Virus record (IMG/VR): IMGVR_UViG_3300033513_000022
Coordinates: 1 to 42,816 of that record
From: a virus
Taxonomy: Duplodnaviria; Caudoviricetes
Length of the DNA: 42,816 nt
Strand: one strand, 5' to 3'
In this document: piece by piece, positions 41,014 through 42,816 of the stretch
Position numbering within the stretch: the first letter of the stretch is position 1
Layout of the letters: every line of letters begins with the position of its first letter
Translations under genes and position numbers: made by a program
The notes under the pieces: generated by a model
Databases searched by the model: none
Seen by the model: only the letters and a program-made list of their open reading frames with translations
Told to the model about the DNA's origin: nothing

Positions 41014-41366
41014 AGGAAGTTCTCCGCGTCGGCGGCGTAGACCGCAAGTTCGAGGCCGAGGAGCCCTTTCTTGTTCTTGAGCTTTGTCCCGAGCAGGCAC
41101 CGGAGATATGTCGCGTGGATCTGTTTCGTCTCCTCGGTGCAGGGAATGGGCTCCCCGTTGTCGGCCAAGTCCCACTCCTGGATGGCGTCAAGCACCATCT
41201 CAATGAAGGTCGAGGAGCGCGAGCGGTCGCCCTCCTCGATGTTCAGCCCGGCCATGCCCGTGATGGGCCGGACCTTGAACTTAACGACGGGCGGGTCGAG
41301 GATGTCCGTTTCAAGCTCGAAGGTCAGCCATTCGGAGAGCGGTTTCAGGTTCTTGATGTTTCCCAT
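41004..41366 (-). CDS. Tail assembly chaperone G
   Basis: Between tail tube and tape measure; I.EW...D.GEPIPCTEE.K motif. Confidence 0.8.
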   Translation of the reverse strand: MGNIKNLKPLSEWLTFELETDILDPPVVKFKVRPITGMAGLNIEEGDRSRSSTFIEMVLDAIQEWDLADNGEPIPCTEETKQIHATYLRCLLGTKLKNKKGLLGLELAVYAADAENFLKN

Positions 41367-41375
41367 GTCGTACTC

Positions 41376-42737
41376 TTAGGTCGTATAGGCGGCGGCCCTG
41401 GTGTTCGTGATGGTGAGGTAGGGGCGCGTGTACTCCATTCCACTCGGCGCGGCGGCCGCTTCCTCGGCAATGAATGCCGAACCGGCGTCCATGATATCAG
41501 CCAGCTTCACATCCGGGGGGCCGGTGAATTTGAGCCGGGGATAGTAGAGAGACAGGCCGTAGGTGTGCGTCCCCGCGATGACCCGCCCGGTGAACGTCGC
41601 CGACAACTTCATGGCGGTGATGGCGATGAACGAGGCGAGGTAGGCGACCCTGGCCGCGTCAGCCTGGGGGAAGCGAAGCTTGAGCCCGATATTGAAATTG
41701 CCTTCGACGGGTTGGGAGATAGCCGCCCCGCCCATGATGTGTTTCGCGTCCATCGTCCGGTCGAACTCGGGGTTGAAGTCGCTCACGTCAACGTTGTCGC
41801 CGCTGTCGAGCGCGTCGCCCGCCTGGGTGTTCATGCGCAGGACGCCTTCCTGGAAGTTCACGAAGTCAAGGTCGGCCTCGGCCTCGGGCGTGAGCGCGTC
41901 CATCTCCGTCTCCGTGTTGACGACCGACGTGGCGATGAGGTTATTGCCGCGCAAGGTCAGGGCTCCGTGAACGAGCCCGTCGGCCACGGAGAGGGCGAGC
42001 TTCATGGGGATGACGGACGGGATGGCCCAAACCGCGCCGGGCCGGAGAGTGGCGAAGGTGAAGGGCGGGGTTGCGGCGTTGGCCCATTGGAAGGTGTGGA
42101 CGTAGGCGACGCCCACGGCCACGGTGTCCGCCGTGTAGGTGGCCGCCCCGGTGTCGTCGGCGGCGTCGGAGAATCCGGCGAGAACGGAGATGTCAACCGC
42201 CTTGTGCACGCCCGTGTTCCAATGAAGTCCGAACGTGCCGGACGCGGCGATGGTGAACTTCTTCGTGGTCGCGCTGAAGGTGACGGTGAAGGTCAAGGCC
42301 CCGGCGACTTCGAGGGCCGCCTTGATCGCGGCGCAGAGAGTCGTTGCGGTGTAGGAACCGCTGGCGATGACCGCGCTGAGTTCTCCGGCCCCCTCGTCGA
42401 AGTCGACGTAGTTATTCGTCGCGTCGATGACGAAGAGCGGGTCGGGTAGCCCGGTCGTGCCGAAGAGCGATCCGATGAGCGAGCCGACCGAGCCCGGCAT
42501 GTAGTTCATGTCGAACTCGGGCGTGAAGTCGATGGCGTCCTTCGCGGCCAGCCGCCCGCCCGTGGGCATGACGCGCCCGATGGCGATATAGGGCTTGTAC
42601 GCCTGCTTTAACTCCGGGTCTCCATCCTTCGTGACGAGCATTTCGTCGCCCGCCGCCATCGCCGCTTCCACGTTCCACGTCGTTTGTTTCGCCCCGCACT
42701 TGTAAAATCTCTGTGAGGGGTAGGTTTCGAGTGCCAT
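41376..42737 (-). CDS. Major tail (tube) protein with an inserted domain
   Basis: 453 aa; GGAGG RBS; position upstream of the chaperones; Y.HTF motif following an insert. Confidence 0.75.
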   Translation of the reverse strand: MALETYPSQRFYKCGAKQTTWNVEAAMAAGDEMLVTKDGDPELKQAYKPYIAIGRVMPTGGRLAAKDAIDFTPEFDMNYMPGSVGSLIGSLFGTTGLPDPLFVIDATNNYVDFDEGAGELSAVIASGSYTATTLCAAIKAALEVAGALTFTVTFSATTKKFTIAASGTFGLHWNTGVHKAVDISVLAGFSDAADDTGAATYTADTVAVGVAYVHTFQWANAATPPFTFATLRPGAVWAIPSVIPMKLALSVADGLVHGALTLRGNNLIATSVVNTETEMDALTPEAEADLDFVNFQEGVLRMNTQAGDALDSGDNVDVSDFNPEFDRTMDAKHIMGGAAISQPVEGNFNIGLKLRFPQADAARVAYLASFIAITAMKLSATFTGRVIAGTHTYGLSLYYPRLKFTGPPDVKLADIMDAGSAFIAEEAAAAPSGMEYTRPYLTITNTRAAAYTT

Positions 42738-42816
42738 GTTTGTTACCTCCTCCGGTCAATGCCGGTGATTTTCATTTATAGACTTCTCCAATCGCCCCGG
42801 ATGTGAGCGATGAATC

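Noticed and set aside
42690-42816. Biological terminal repeat
   Set aside because: The 127-nt length and its position across tail genes point to an assembly overlap, not virion ends.
1-42816. Stop-codon reassignment
   Set aside because: Core genes are intact under the standard code, TAA, TGA and TAG all terminate genes, and the tRNA is not a suppressor.

Overview
This window is a complete, circularly assembled genome of a temperate, GC-rich, long-tailed (siphovirus-like) phage. Bases 1-127 repeat exactly at 42690-42816, so the unique length is about 42,689 bp. Almost all genes are on the minus strand. Reading leftward from the cro/cI switch at about 29.8 kb: early genes (Cro-like, Xis-like, CII-like, small ORFs, Sak4-like ATPase, SSB), replication initiator with internal iterons and a helicase loader, a tRNA-Ile(UAU), DNA methyltransferase, Hjc-like resolvase, a nucleotide-metabolism cassette, lysis genes, terminase, portal-MuF fusion, protease, HK97-fold capsid, a neck-fibre cassette, then across the junction the tail tube, a -1 frameshifted chaperone pair, tape measure, Dit, tailspike, hub and fibre genes. 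The plus-strand lysogeny operon (cI, lipoprotein, small ORF, tyrosine integrase) ends at an attP whose core is the 3' half of a tRNA-Arg(UCG). The most unusual items are: (i) a rare tRNA-Ile(UAU) inside a translationally coupled ORF, alongside an AUA-rich tailspike domain; (ii) two tandem multibranched RNA structures, each ending in a GC stem plus CUUUUAUUCC, directly upstream of the replication initiator; (iii) two beta-helix virion-region proteins with Sec-type signal peptides; (iv) a membrane-anchored JAB/MPN-like protein in the lysis cassette. All family assignments come from motif recognition by eye; no searches were run.
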